Positions 36,635 to 50,000 of a DNA stretch of 64,000 bases are shown in pieces. Numbering within the stretch: position 1 is the first letter of the stretch; the number at the start of each line of letters is the position of its first letter. The notes below the pieces were generated by a model. That model saw only the letters and a list, made by a program, of their open reading frames with translations, was not told the origin of the DNA and made no database searches. The translations under genes were made by a program, and so were the position numbers. Source of the stretch: Okamejei kenojei (taxonomy: Eukaryota); NCBI GenBank assembly GCA_035221665.1, contig CM069160.1, positions 30,442,001 to 30,506,000 of the forward strand, read 5' to 3'.

Positions 36635-38826
36635 GAAAGTAACTTTGAAGGTATGAGACGTGAATTGGCCAAGATAGACTGGCAATTGATTCTTACAGGG
36701 TTGACAGTGGATGTGCAATGGAAGGCATGGATGAACTACAACAATTGTTCATCCCAGTTTGGCAAAAGAACAAATCAGGGAAGGTAGTGCATTCTGGATA
36801 ACAAGGGAAATGAGGGATAGTATCAAAACAAAAGACGAAGCATACAAATTAGCCAGAAAAAGCAACCTACCAGAGGACTGGGAGACATTCAGAGTCCAGC
36901 AGAGGAGGACAATGGGCTTAATTAGGAAAGGGAAAATAGATTATGAAAGAAAACTGGCAGGGAACATAAAAACTGACTGCAAAAGTTTTTATAGATATGT
37001 GAAGAGAAAAAGATTAGTTGAAACAAATGTAGGTCCCTTGCAGTCAGAAACAGGTGAGTTGATCATGGGAAACAAGGACATTGCAGACCAATTGAATAAC
37101 TACTTTGGTTCTGTCTTCACTAAGGAAGACATAAATAATCTGCCGGAAATAGCAGGGGACCGGGGGTCAAATGAGATGGAGGAACTGAGTGAAATCCAGG
37201 TTAGCCGGGAAGTGGTGTTGGGTAAATTGAATGGATTAAAGGCCGATAAATCCCCAGGGCCAGATAGTCTGCATCCCAGAGTACTCAAGGAAGTAGCCAC
37301 AGATATAGTGGATGCATCAGTGATCATTTTTCAAAACTCTTTAGATTCTGGAGTAGTTGCTGAGGATTGGAGGGTAGCTAATGTAACCCCACTTTTAAAA
37401 AAAGGAGGGAGAGAGAAAATGGGGAATTACAGACAAGTTAGTCTAACATCGGTAGTGGGGGAAATGCTAGAGTCAGTTATTAACGATGAAATAGCAGCAC
37501 ATTTGGAAAGTGGTGAAATAATTGGACAAAGTCAGCATGGATTTACGAAAGGTAAATCATGTCTGACGAATCTTATAGAATTTTTCGAGGATGTAACTAG
37601 TAGAGTGGATAAGGGAGAACCAGTGGATGTGTTATATCTATTTCAGAAGGCTTTTGACAAGGTCCCACATAAGAGATTAGTATGCAAACTTAAAGCACAT
37701 GGTATTGGGGGTTCAGTATTGATGTGGATAGAGAACTGGCTGGCAGACAGGAAGCAAAGTGTAGGAGTGAACGGGTCCTTTTCAGAATGGCAGGCAGTGA
37801 CTAATGGGGTACCGCAAGGCTCAGTGCTGGTACCCCAGCTATTTACAATATATATTAATGATTTGGACGAGGGAATTGAATGCAACATCTCCAGGTTTGC
37901 AGGTGACATGATGCTGGGGGGCAGTGTTAGGTGTGAGGAGGATGCTAGGAGGCTGCAAGGTGACTTGGATAGGCTGGGCGAGTGGGCAAATGCATGGCAG
38001 ATGCAGTATAATGTGGATAAATATGAGGTTATCCACTTCGGTGGCAAAACCAGGAAGGTAGACTGTTATCTGAATGGTGGCCAATTAGGAAAAGGGGAGA
38101 TGTAACGAGACCTGGGTGTTATGGTACACCAGTCATTGAAAGTAGGCATGCAGGTGCAGCAGGCCGTGAAGAAAGCGAATGGTATGTTGGCATTCATAGC
38201 AAAAGGTTTTAAGTACAGGAGCAGGGAGGTTCTACTGCAGTTGTACAGGGTTTTGGTGAGACCACACGTGGAGTATTGCGTACAGTTTTGGTCTCCAAAT
38301 CTGAGGAAATACATTCTTGCCATTGAGGGGGTACAGAGAAGGTTCACCAGACTGATTCCTGGGATGTCAGGACTTTCATATGAGGAAAGACTGGATAGAC
38401 TCGGCTTGTAGCCACTAGACTTTAGAAGATTGAGGGGGGATCTTATAGAAACTTACAAAATTCTTAAGGAGTTGGACAGGCTAGATGCAGGAAGATTGTT
38501 CCCGATGTTGGGGAACTCCAGAACAAGGGCTCACAGTTTAAGGATAAGGGGGAAGTCTTTTAGGACCGAGATGAGAAAAACATTTTTCACACAGAGAGTG
38601 GTGAGTCTCTGGAATTCTCTGACAGAGAAGGTAGTTGAGGCCAGTTCATTGGCTATATTGAAGAGGGAGTTAGATGTGGCCCTTGTGGCTAAAGGGATCA
38701 GGGGGTATGGAGCAAAGACAGGTACAGGATACGGAGTTGAATGATCAGCCATGATCATATTGAATGGCGGTGCAGTCTCGAAGGGCCGAATGGCCTACTC
38801 CTGCACGTATTTTCTATGTTTCTATT
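36635..38826 (+). mobile_element. CR1 LINE ORF2 (RT) 2.2-kb fragment
   Basis: KSPGPD.LHPRVLKE, NYRx[26 protein letters not shown]. Confidence 0.95.
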
Positions 38827-40772
38827 CTTCTATCTTTAAGAGCCCGATCTAGCTCTCTCTTGAAAGTATCCAGAGAACCTGCCTCCACCGCCCTCTGAGG
38901 CAAAGAATTCCACTGACTCACAACTCTCTGTGCGAAAAAGTGTTTCCTCATCTCCGTTCTAAATGTCTTACCCCTTATTCTTAAACTGTGGCCCCTGGTT
39001 CGGGACTCCCCCAACAATCGGGAACATGTGTCCTGCCTCTAGCGTGTCCAAACCCTTAAAGTTTAAGAGCTGCAGATGCTGGAAAAATTGAAAGAAGACA
39101 AAAATGCTGGAGAAACTCAGCGGGTGAGGCAGCATCTATGGAGCGAAGGAACAGGTGACGTTTCGGGTCGAGACCCTTCTTCAGACCCTTAACAATCTTA
39201 TATGTTTCAATAAGATCCCCTCCCAACCTTCTAAATATGGGGAAAAAGCAGCCATGCAGCCAGCAGCCAAAATCATATTGAACGGCAGTGCTGGCCCCAG
39301 GGGCTGAATGGCCTACTCCTATTTTCTAAGTTTCTATTTTACTCCAGCACTCTGTTTTTTTTTGTGTGTTAAACAGCATCTGCAGTTCCTTGTTTTGACA
39401 AAACAATATTCGTAGAGATACGCCTCAGGCTCCAACCACACAGACAGTGTGTCTGCTACAAGTCTCTGCTCGCCTGATTTAATTCATCCCACCCCAGTCA
39501 AAACCTTCCTCCTGCTCTCTCGCCCTTGGGCTTTTTCTAGATTTCTCTTAAATGCACGGAGATTGTCCAGCACATCCAAGTCCTGTTCTCCTGCCAGCCT
39601 CTGGATAAAGTCATTGGATCGATCAGTGAATCTGGCCAGTGGAGTCCAATTCACTGGATGTTTTTTAGAGAAAATTAGATTTAGCTCTCAGCGCCTAAAA
39701 GAATCAAGGGATATGGGGAGAAGGCAGGAATGGGCTACCGATTTTGGATGATCAGCCATGATCATATTGAATGGCGGTGCTGGCTCGAAGGGCCGAATGG
39801 CCTACTCCTATTTTCTATGTTTCTATGTATAGGTGGAGGATAAATAAGTGGGATACCATAATACTGGTGTGAATGGGTGATCAGTGGTCAGCGTGGACTC
39901 GATGGGCCGAAGGGCCTGTTTCCACACTGTATCTCTCAACTCTCTCCAAACACTGAGTTAATTGTAGGAAGGAACTGCAGATGCTGGTTTACACCGAAGA
40001 TAGACACAAAATGCTGGAGTAACACAGCGGGACAGGCAGCGTCCCTGGAGAGAAGGAATGGGTGAGATTTCAGGTCGAGGCATTTCTTCAGACTGATGGA
40101 TCTTGAAAATGCAGAGTCTGAAGAAGTGTCTCGACTAGAAACGACCCCCACTCTTTCTCTCCAAAGATGCTGCCTGCCTGTCCCGCCGAGAGTTACTCCA
40201 GCAGTTTGTGCCGGTCTGTGGGAATGAGAAGGGAATTTAATATTTTCTTTGCATGGTCGGACTCGCAGCTACATTCCCGGCCGAGAGCGCTGTGAACGAA
40301 CATGTCTTTTCCACACAGATGGTGTTGGGTGTGTGGAACAAGCTGCCGGAGGAGGTAGTTGAGGCTGGGACTATCCCAACGTTGAAATACAGGTAGATGG
40401 ATAGGACATGTTTGGAGGGATGTGGACCAAGCGCAGGCAGGTGGGACTAGTGTAGATGGGGCACGTTGGGCCGAAGGGCCTGTTTACACGCTGTATGACG
40501 ATCCCAGTGAACGGACCAACTCTCCCGGCCGCCGCCTAGACCTTCCCTGACCCGCACCGGCCCCCACGCTCTCCCGAGCGGGCAAACTGGCCACTCCGGC
40601 CCCGGGAAACCAACCCTGGTCTCGGTCCCAGCCTCATCCCGGGGGGGGGGGGGGGGGGGGGGGACAGCGGGGTGTCCCCTTCCACCTTCTAGCGAAGTCT
40701 CCGCTAAGTTGCAAAGAAGGTGGAGCGATCGCTTTGTCCCAGCGGCTGAGAGATGTCCAGGGTCTCACTCAC

Positions 40773-40910
40773 CTCTTGAGTCGTCCCCACCTCCCGGGCC
40801 CGCTCCTCCGTGCCCGAGTTAAAAAATCGGAACAGCAGCCACTCACTCCTGCAAAGACAAGCCCTTTTCCAAATTGGACGAGGAATTGGACGATTTTAGT
40901 TTCGCTTATT
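40773..40910 (-). promoter_or_regulatory. Putative non-coding first exon/promoter of gene 2 (proximal copy)
   Basis: GC/CpG-rich unique tract with a consensus donor AG|GTGAGT at 40773/40772, two ATTGG motifs (40873, 40885) and an IRF-like AGTTTCGCTT (40898-40907). Confidence 0.45.
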
Positions 40911-43635
40911 GTTCGTTGAGTCATGGAGTGATAACTGTGTGGCAACAGGCCCTTCGTCCCAACTTGCCCACACCAGCCAACAATGTTCCAGCAACATTAG
41001 TCCCACATGCCTGCGCTTGGTCCATATCCTCCAAATGTCCTGTTAAACTGTTTCTTAAACGATTGGATAGTCCCAGCCTCAACTACCTCCTCCGGCAACT
41101 TGTTCCATACACCCACCACCCTCTGTGTGAAAAAGTTACCCCTCGGATTCCTATTCTATCGTTTCCCCTTCACCTTGAACCTATGCCCTCTGGTCCTCGA
41201 TTCCCCTACTCTGGGTAAGAGACTCGAAGGAAAACACACTTAGTTCAGTCTGAAGAAGGGTCTCGACACGAAACGTCACCTATTCCTTCGCTCCATAGAT
41301 GCTGCCTCACCTGCTGAGTTTCTCCAGCATTTTTGTCTACCTTCGATTTTTCCAGCATCGGCAGTTCTTTCTTAAAGATTGGGTAAAAGACTATGCATCT
41401 AGCAGATCTATTCCTCTCATGATTTTGTACACCTCTGTGAGATCTCCCCTCATACTCCTACGCTCCATGGAATAGAGACCCAGCCTACTCAACCTCACCC
41501 TATAGCTGGCACCCTAGAGTCCAAACAAGTCTTATTGTTATGAATACCAAGCTGCAATGAAAAGCTAAATAGTTTGTGTGCTGTCCATTCAAAGGAAAGA
41601 GTAGGAAGGAACTACAGATGCTGGTTTAATTGGGAACATATTTCCTGCATCTAGCTTGTCCAGTCCTTTTATAATTGCATATGTTTCTATAAGATCACCC
41701 CTCATCCTTCTAAACTCTACTGCATACAAGCCTTGTCTTTTCAATCTTTCCTCGTAGAACAGTCCCGCCATCCCAGGGATCAATCTCGTGATCCTACGTT
41801 GCACTGCCTCAATTTGATGTGGATAGAGAACTGGCTGGCAGACAGGAAGCAAAGTGTAGGAGTAAACGGGTCCTTTTCAGAATGGCAGGCAGTGACTAAT
41901 GGGGTACCGCAAGGCTCAGTGCTGGGACCCCAGCTATTTACAATATATATTAATGATTTGGACGAGGGAATTGAATGCAACATCTCCAGGTTTGCAGGTG
42001 ACATGATGCTGGGGGGCAGTGTTAGGTGTGAGGAGGATGCTAGGAGGCTGCAAGGTGACTTGGATAGGCTGGGCGAGTGGGCAAATGCATGGCAGGTGCA
42101 GTATAATGTGGATAAATGTGAGGTTATCCACTTTGGTGGCAAAAACAGGAAAGTAGACTGTTATCTGAATGGTGGCCAATTAGGAAAAGGGGAGATGTAA
42201 CGAGACCTGGGTGTTATGGTACACCAGTCATTGAAAGTAGGCATGCAGGTGCAGCAGTCCGTGAAGAAAGCAAATGGTATGTTGGCATTCATAGCAAAAG
42301 GTTTTAAGTATAGGAGCAGGGAGGTTCTACTGCAGTTGTACAGGGTTTTGGTGAGACCACACCCGGAGTATTGCGTACAGTTTTGGTCTCCTAATCTGAG
42401 GAAAGACATTCTTGCCATTGAGGGGGTACAGAGAAGGTTCACCAGACTGATTCCTGGGATGTCAGGACTTTCATATGAGGAAAGACTGGATAGACTCGGC
42501 TTGTAGCCACTAGACTTTAGAAGATTGAGGGGGGATCTTATAGAAACTTACAAAGTTCTTAAGGGGTTGGACAGGCTAGATGCAGGAAGATTGTTCCCGA
42601 TGTTGGGGAACTCCAGAACAAGGGGTCACAGTTTAAGGATAAGGGGGAAGTCTTTTAGGACCGAGATGAGAAAAACCTTTTTCACACAGAGAGTGGTGAG
42701 TCTCTGGAATTCTCTGACATAGAAGGTAGTTGAGGCCAGTTCATTGGCTATTTTTAAGAGGGAGTTAGATGTGGCCCTTGTGGCTAAAGGGATCAGGGGG
42801 TATGGAGCAAAGACAGGTACAGGATACGGAGTTGAACGATCAGCCATGATCATATTGAATGGCGGTGCAGGCTCGAAGGGCCGAATGGCTTACGCCTGCA
42901 CGTATTTTCTATGTTTCTATTCTTCTATCTTTAAGAGCCCGATCTAGCTCTCTCTTGAAAGTATCCAGAGAACCTGCCTCCACCGCCCTCTGAGGCAAAG
43001 AATTCCATTGACTCACAACTCTCTGTGCGAAAAAGTGTTTCCTCATCTCCGTTCTAAATGTCTTACCCCTTATTCTTAAACTGTGGCCCCTGGTTAGGGA
43101 CTCCCCCAACAATCAGGAACATGTTTCCTGCCTCTAGCGAGTCCAAACCCTTAAAGTTTAAGAGCTGCAGATGCTGGAAAAATTGAAAGAAGACAAAAAT
43201 GCTGGAGAAACTCAGCGGGTGAGGCAGCATCTATTGAGCGAAGGAACAGGTGACGTTTCGGGTCGAGACCCTTCTTCAGACCCTTAACAATCTTATATGT
43301 TTCAATAAGATCCCCTCCCAACCTTCTAAATATGGGGAAAAACAGCCATGCAGCCAGCAGCCAAAATCATATTGAATGGCGGTGCTGGCCCCAGGGGCTG
43401 AATGGCCTACTCCTATTTTCTATGTTTCTATTTTACTCCAGCAATCTGTGTTTTTTTTGTGTGTTAAACAGCATCTGCAGTTCCTTGTTTTGACAAAACA
43501 ATATTCGTAGAGATACGCCTCAGACTCCTACGGGGTGTCCCCTTCCACCTTCCAGCGAGTCTCCGCTAAGTTGCAAAGAAGGTGGAGCGATCGCTTTGTC
43601 CCAGCGGCTGAGAGATGTCCAGGGGTCTCACTCAC

Positions 43636-43772
43636 CTGTTGAGTCGTCCCCACCTCCCCGGGCCCGCTCCTCCGTGCCCGAGTTAAAAATCGGAACAGCA
43701 GCCACTCACTCCTGCAAAGACAAACCCTTTTCCAAATTGGACGAGGAATTGGACGATTTTAGTTTCGCTTAT
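43636..43772 (-). promoter_or_regulatory. Duplicated copy of the putative first exon/promoter of gene 2
   Basis: Near-identical to 40773-40910, with the same donor at 43636/43635. Confidence 0.4.
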
Positions 43773-44552
43773 TGTTCGTTGAGTCATGGAGTGATAACTG
43801 TGTGGCAACAGGCCCTTCGTCCCAACTTGCCCACACCAGCCAACAATGTCCCAGCAACATTAGTCCCACCTGCCTGCGCTTGGTCCATATCCCTCCAAAC
43901 CTGTCCCATCCATGCACCGGTCCAACTGTTTCTTAAACGATTGGATAGTCCCAGCCTCAACTAACTCCTCCGGCAACTTGTTCCATACACCCTCTGTGTG
44001 AAAAAGTTACCCCTCGGATTCCTATTCTATCGTTTCCCCTTCACCTTGAACCTATGTCCTCTGGTCCTCGATTCCCCTACTCTGGGTAAGAGACTCGAAG
44101 GAAGACACACTTAGTTCAGTCTGAAGAAGGGTCTCGACCCGAAACGTCACCTATTCCTTCGCTCCATAGGTGCTGCCTCACCCGCTGAGTTTCTCCAGCA
44201 TTTTTGTCTACCTTCGATTTTTCCGGCATCGGCAGTTTCTTTCTTAAAGATTGGGTAAAAGGACTGTGCATCTAGCAGATCTATTCCTCTCATGATTTTG
44301 TACACCTCTGTGAGATCTCCCCTCATCCTCTACGCTCCATGGAATAGAGACCCAGCCGACTCAACCTCACCCTATAGGCTGGCACCCTAGAGTCCTAAAC
44401 AAGTCTTATTGTTATTGAATACCAAGCTGCAATGAAAAGCTAAATAGTTTGTGTGCTGTCCATTCAAAGGAAATAGTAGGAAGGAACTACAGATGCTGGT
44501 TTAGACCGAAGATAGACACAATAGGCTGGAGTAACTCAGCCGGAGTTACATT

Positions 44553-45097
44553 ACATTTTGGTCTCCTAATTTGAGGAAGGACATGCTTGTGATTGAGGCA
44601 GTGCAACGTAGGATCACGAGATTAATCCCTGGGATGGCGGGACTGTTCAACGAGGAAAGATTGAAAAGACAAGGCTTGTATGCACTAGAGTTTAGAAGGA
44701 TGAAGGGTGATCTTATAGAAACATATGCAATTATAAAAGGACTGGACAAGCTAGATGCAGGAAATATGTTACCAATGTTGGGCGAGTCCAAAGCTAGGGG
44801 CCACAGTCTTAGAATAAAGGGGAGGTCATTTAAGACTGAGGTGAGAAAATACATTTTCAGCCAAAGAGTTGTGAATTTATGGAATTCCCTGCCACAGAGG
44901 GCAGTGGAGGCCAAGTCAATGGATGGATTTAAGAGAGCGTTAGATAGAGCTCTAGGGGTTAGTGGAATCAAGGGGTATGGGGAGAAGGCAGGCACGGGTT
45001 ATTGATAGGGGAAGATCAACCATGATCACAATGAATGGTGGTTCTAGCTCGAAGGGCGAAATGGCCTCCTCCTGCACCTATTTTCTATGTTTCTATG
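44553..45097 (+). mobile_element. CR1 3' fragment
   Basis: ORF 44571-45005 motifs and tail. Confidence 0.9.
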
Positions 45098-45424
45098 GGA
45101 CAGCAGCATTTCTGGAGAGAAGGAATGTGTGATGTTTCGGGTCGAGACACTTCTTCAGACTGATTTGGGACAAAGGAAACGAGAGGTGTAGACGATGATG
45201 TGAAGAGATGAAGAACAATAAATATGGTTGCAATCCAGCCGTCCACAGCAGTGTTTCGCAACCGGGGTTCCCCGGAACGCGAGGGTTCCACGAGAGGTCA
45301 TGAGAGAAATAGTGATCAATAGGCTAATCATATGTAAATGCATTTGTGTTCAATTTAATCTTCGTAATTCTATTACACACTATTTAGTGGTCAGTGTACG
45401 TGACGGATTCATGTTGGAGTAGAA

Positions 45425-46842
45425 TCATAGAAACAGAAACATAGACAATAGGTGCAGGAGTAGGCCATTCGGCCCTTCGAGCCTGCACCGCCATTCAATA
45501 TGATTATGGCTGATCATACAACTCAGTATCCTGTACCTGCCTTCTCTCCATACCCCCTGATCCCTTTAGCCACAAGGGCCACATCTAACTCCCTCTTAAA
45601 TATAGCCAATGAACTGGCCTCAACTACCTTCTGTGGCAGAGAATTCCACAGACTCACCACTCTCTGTGTGAAAAAAGATCTTCTCATCTCGGTCCTAAAA
45701 GACTTCCCCCTTATCCTTAAACTGTGACCCCTTGTTCTAGAGTTCCCCAACATCGGGGACAATCTTCCTGCATCTAGCCTGTCCAACCCCTTAAGAATTT
45801 TGTAAGTCTCTATAAGATCCCCCCTCAATCTCCTAAATTCCAGCGAGTACAAGCCGAGTCTATCCAGTCTCTCTTCGTATGGAAGTCCTGCCATCCCAGG
45901 AATCAGTCTGGTGAACCTTCTCTGTACTCCCTCTATGGCAAGAATGTCGTTTCTCAGATTAGGAGACCAAAACTGTATGCAATACTCCAGGTGTGGCATC
46001 ACCAAGACCCTGTACAACTGCAGTAGAACCTCCCTGTTCTTGTACTCAAATCCTTTTGCTATGAATGCCAACATACCATTCGCTTTCTTCACAGCCTGCT
46101 GCACCTGCATGCCTACTTTCAATGACTGGTGTACCATGACACCCAGGTCTCGTTGCATCTCCCCTTTTCCTAATCAGCCACCATTCAGAAAATAGTCTAC
46201 CCTCCTGTTTTTGCCGCCAAAGTGGATAACCTCACATTTATCCACATTATACTGCATCTGCCATGCATTTGCCCACACATCCAACCTATCCAAGTCACCT
46301 TGCAGCCCCCTAACAGCTAACACTGCTCCCCAGCTTCGTGTCATCCGTAAACTTGGAGATGTTGCATTCAATTCCCTCATCCAGATCATTAATATATATT
46401 GTAAATAGCTGGGGTTCCAGCACTGAGCCTTGCGGTACCCCACTAGTCACTGCCTGTCATTCTGAAAATGACCCGTTTACTCCTACTCTTTGCTTCCTGT
46501 CTGCCAGCCAGTTCTCTACCCACATCAATACTGAACCCCCAATACCGTGTGCTTTAAGTTTGTATGCTAATCTCTTATCGCCTTCTGAAAGTTCAGATAT
46601 AACACATCTACAGGTTCTCCCTTATACACTCTACTAGTTACATCCTCGAAAAATTCTATAAGATTTGTCAGACATGATTTACCTTTCGTAAATCCATGCT
46701 GACTTTGTCCAATGATTTCACCACTTTCCAAATGTGCTGCTATCCCATCTTTAATAACTGACTTTAGCATTTTCCCCACTACCGATGTTAGACTAACTGG
46801 TCTGTAATTCCCTGTTTTCTCTCTCCCTCCCTTTTTAAAAAG
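45425..46842 (-). mobile_element. CR1 RT fragment, inverted relative to 36635-38826
   Basis: NYRPVSLTS, SQHGF and QQAVKKANGMLAFI motifs on the minus strand. Confidence 0.93.
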
Positions 46843-46996
46843 ATACACAAGAAACCAAGGAGTCGGAGTCCGAGTCGGGTGTTTTGGGAAACGACTCCAC
46901 AGAAACGAGCATTTATCTTCAGTGGCCGCAGCTGAAAGACCAAGCTCGTTAAGTAAGATTCACAGGCACCAGACTTGCTCTTGTCCTTTAAAATAA

Positions 46997-47002
46997 CTTT
47001 AT
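46997..47002 (-). promoter_or_regulatory. Candidate polyadenylation signal of PPT2 (AATAAA on minus strand)
   Basis: TTTATT on the + strand at the end of a unique AT-rich tract downstream of the PPT2 stop. Further copies lie near 47428 and 47480. Confidence 0.35.
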
Positions 47003-50000
47003 TGGACAATAACAGCATGATGCAACGTTGAAATAATGTACAAAACATTCCTCGAAAAAGTCAAAACAAACGATAACTCGTGACGCAGAAGCTGACTTGT
47101 TTGGCAATTGTCACATGTGGTTGTATTATTATTTTTTTAATACCTGTCTGCCCAGACTCAATATCTCACCGCACATTATCCTTTCTGCTGGAGATAATGG
47201 TGACCCCACTCCATACATTCTTCCACCTGGTCACAGTTGGTCTTGTGCAAGCAACAGGCACAACCCATCACCAATAGAGTCAAACTAATCCCGTCTGGGG
47301 AAGTCATGAAGTCATCGTCGATAGATAGATGTCACAGCTATACCAAACCTCTCATTACATTTGGAGGTCATCTTGCTTTGATACTGATTTAGGTCATACT
47401 CAAAATCAATAAATTAAATACACAAGATTTTATTTTCTATCCCTTATTTGTACACGCCAGTTTCATTATCCAAAAATATTTTATTAAGTTCTGAGTGCAG
47501 GCATTCCCTCTGTTAATATTAGTTTAGAGATACAGCGTGGAAACAGGCACTTTGGCCCACTGAGTCCACGCTGACCAATAACCACCCGTATACTAGGTCT
47601 ATCCTACACACCAGGGACAATTTAGAGGAAGCCAGTTAATCTACAAGCTCGCACGTCTTCAGAATGCAATGTTCCCGATGTTGGGCGAGTCCAGAACCAG
47701 GGGCCACAGATTAAGAATAAGGGGTAAGCTATTTAGAACGGAGACAAGGAAACACTTTTTCTCACAGAGAGTTCAGAGTCTGTGGAATTCTCTGTCTCAG
47801 GGCGGTGGAGGCCGGTTCTCTGGATACTTTCAAGAGCGAGCTAGATAGCGGAGTCAGGGGATATGGGGAGAAGGCAGGAACGGGATACTGATTGGGAATG
47901 ATCAGCCATGATCACATTAAAGGCCATTTGGCTCGAAGGGCTGAATGGCCTACTCCTGCTCCGATTGACTATTGAGTGTGGGAGGAAACCGGAGGACCCA
48001 GGGGAAACCCACGCAGGTCGCAGGGTGAAGGTGCAAGCTCCGTACAGACAGCACCCCTGGTCAGGATCGAACCCGGGTCCCTGGAGCTGTGAGGCAGCAA
48101 CTCTGCCGCTGCACCACCGTGAGCTTGGGTAAGAACATGCCCAGGGTTGCTGGGCAAGAGGTAGGCAGTGTGATTTGGACAGGTTGGGCGAGTGGGCAGA
48201 TGTAGTATAATAATGTAGATAAATGTGAAGTTATCCACTTTGGCAGCAAGAACAAGGACGCAGATTATTATCTCAATGTTGTCAGATGAGGAGAAAGGAA
48301 AGTTGAATGAGACCTGGGTGTCCTTGTACACCAGTCACTGAAAGTAAACGTGCAGGTACAGCAGGCAGTGAAAAAAGCTAATGGCATGTTGGCCTTCATA
48401 ACGAGAAGGTTTGAGTAGAGGAGTAAAGAGGTCCTTTATGTAGTTGTACAGGGCCCTGGTGAGACCACATCTGGCGTATTGTGTGCAGTTTTATTCTCCT
48501 AATTTGAGGAAGAACATCCTTGCTATTGAGGCAGTGCAGTGTAGGTTCTATTGTCTATTGACACAAAGTGCTAGAGTTACGCAGCATCTCTGGAGAACAT
48601 GGATTGGTGATGTTTTGAGAGCAAAACAAGCTATCTACACGAATCGTCACCCATCCATGTTCCCCAGAGATGCTGCCTGTCCCGCTGAGTTACTCCGGCA
48701 CTGGGTGTCTTTTTTGGAACTGCAGATGCTGGTTTACCAAACAAGAAAAAGACAAAATGCTGAAGTACATCAGCGGGTCAGGCAGCATACCTGGAGAAGT
48801 GACTTTTCAGGTCAAAAGCAGCTATCTCGACCCAAAGTGACGGCCATGCATGTTCTCCAGAGATGCTGCCTGGCCCTTTGTGTTACTCCAGCACTGAGTA
48901 TTTTTTTTATTTTCGTTATAAACCAGCATCTGCAGTTCCTTGTAGTCGAGGTGAAGATACGTCCTGGCATACAAATATACGCCCGACGAGGGATTAACGG
49001 AGCAAATTCCCAGTATTATTCAAGGGGGAAAACCAAAAGAGTGACAGAATCCCACCCGGTACAATTCCGAGAGATTGGAGAGAAACCAGAAGGAAACACT
49101 GCAAAAGAAAAAAAAATCCCATTATCCGTGAGAATTTCACTCCTTGCTAACGATACAAAGCAGAGGGGAAACTTTCTTAACTGATTCGCACCTTATTTTT
49201 TTTCTCTTCCAAAAAATAGACCTGGATATTTTCTTCTGGAATTTCCAGTAACAGCTGGGGTCGGCAATGGAACCTCTGGTCCATCATCCTCACCCTGCCA
49301 ATGCCGTGGGTTTGCCTGGGAGAAATGAACTCCTGTTCAATTCCCACTGCCTCCCTTCCGAACGGAGACAATTCCACAATTCCCTCCCCCCCCCCCCCAT
49401 CTCCAAAACCCACTGCCTCTCATTCCTGAGGTATATATCATGACGTTTACTGCCTAAAATTGTCCCATCTTGAATAGTATTATTATTATTTCTCCATATA
49501 AAAGGCAACAGTCACAAATATTTCATCCTTAAAAACTCACTCATTCCTCCAAAATTATTACTTTGAATATGATTTTAAAAGCTTTGATATAGAAAACATC
49601 TTTTCTTCCCTTCAAAAGTTCCCTTGGAAATTATTAAACACTGTGTTAGAAAAAGAGGGGGGTTCAAGTCAGAGCAGAACCGAACCAAACTCGTTCAACC
49701 ATGGGCGGAAATCGCTTTTAAAACGAGGGGGTGGGGGGACAGACAAAGCCAGGGGTCGGCAACCTATGGCCCACAGGCCAGATCCGGCCCATAACCCGAA
49801 ATCGTCCGGCCTGCAGGAGTATTGTTTTTTCAATTAGCTTTTGCGACCTGGGAACTGCAGCTAGTCCCGGGGCAGGCGAGCTGACCTGGAACTGGCTGTA
49901 GCTCCCAGATCACAAAACATGGGCGGGAGGGGATGGGGGATTGTCCCCCCCACTCTCAAAACTTTGGGGGGATTACAGGTCCCCCCCTGAATCCCCGCCA

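Larger units (their letters stand above)
37721..44501. repeat. Recent tandem segmental duplication (copy 1 about 37721-41626; copy 2 about 41816-44501, lacking about 39434-40667)
   Basis: Collinear near-identical sequence, including shared private mutations (FAGDMML, the TAA after GKGEM) and the same nested repeats. Confidence 0.9.

Noticed and set aside
48444-49184. 246-aa ORF
   Set aside because: Chance read-through of CR1, Penelope-derived repeats and antisense PPT2 3' region.
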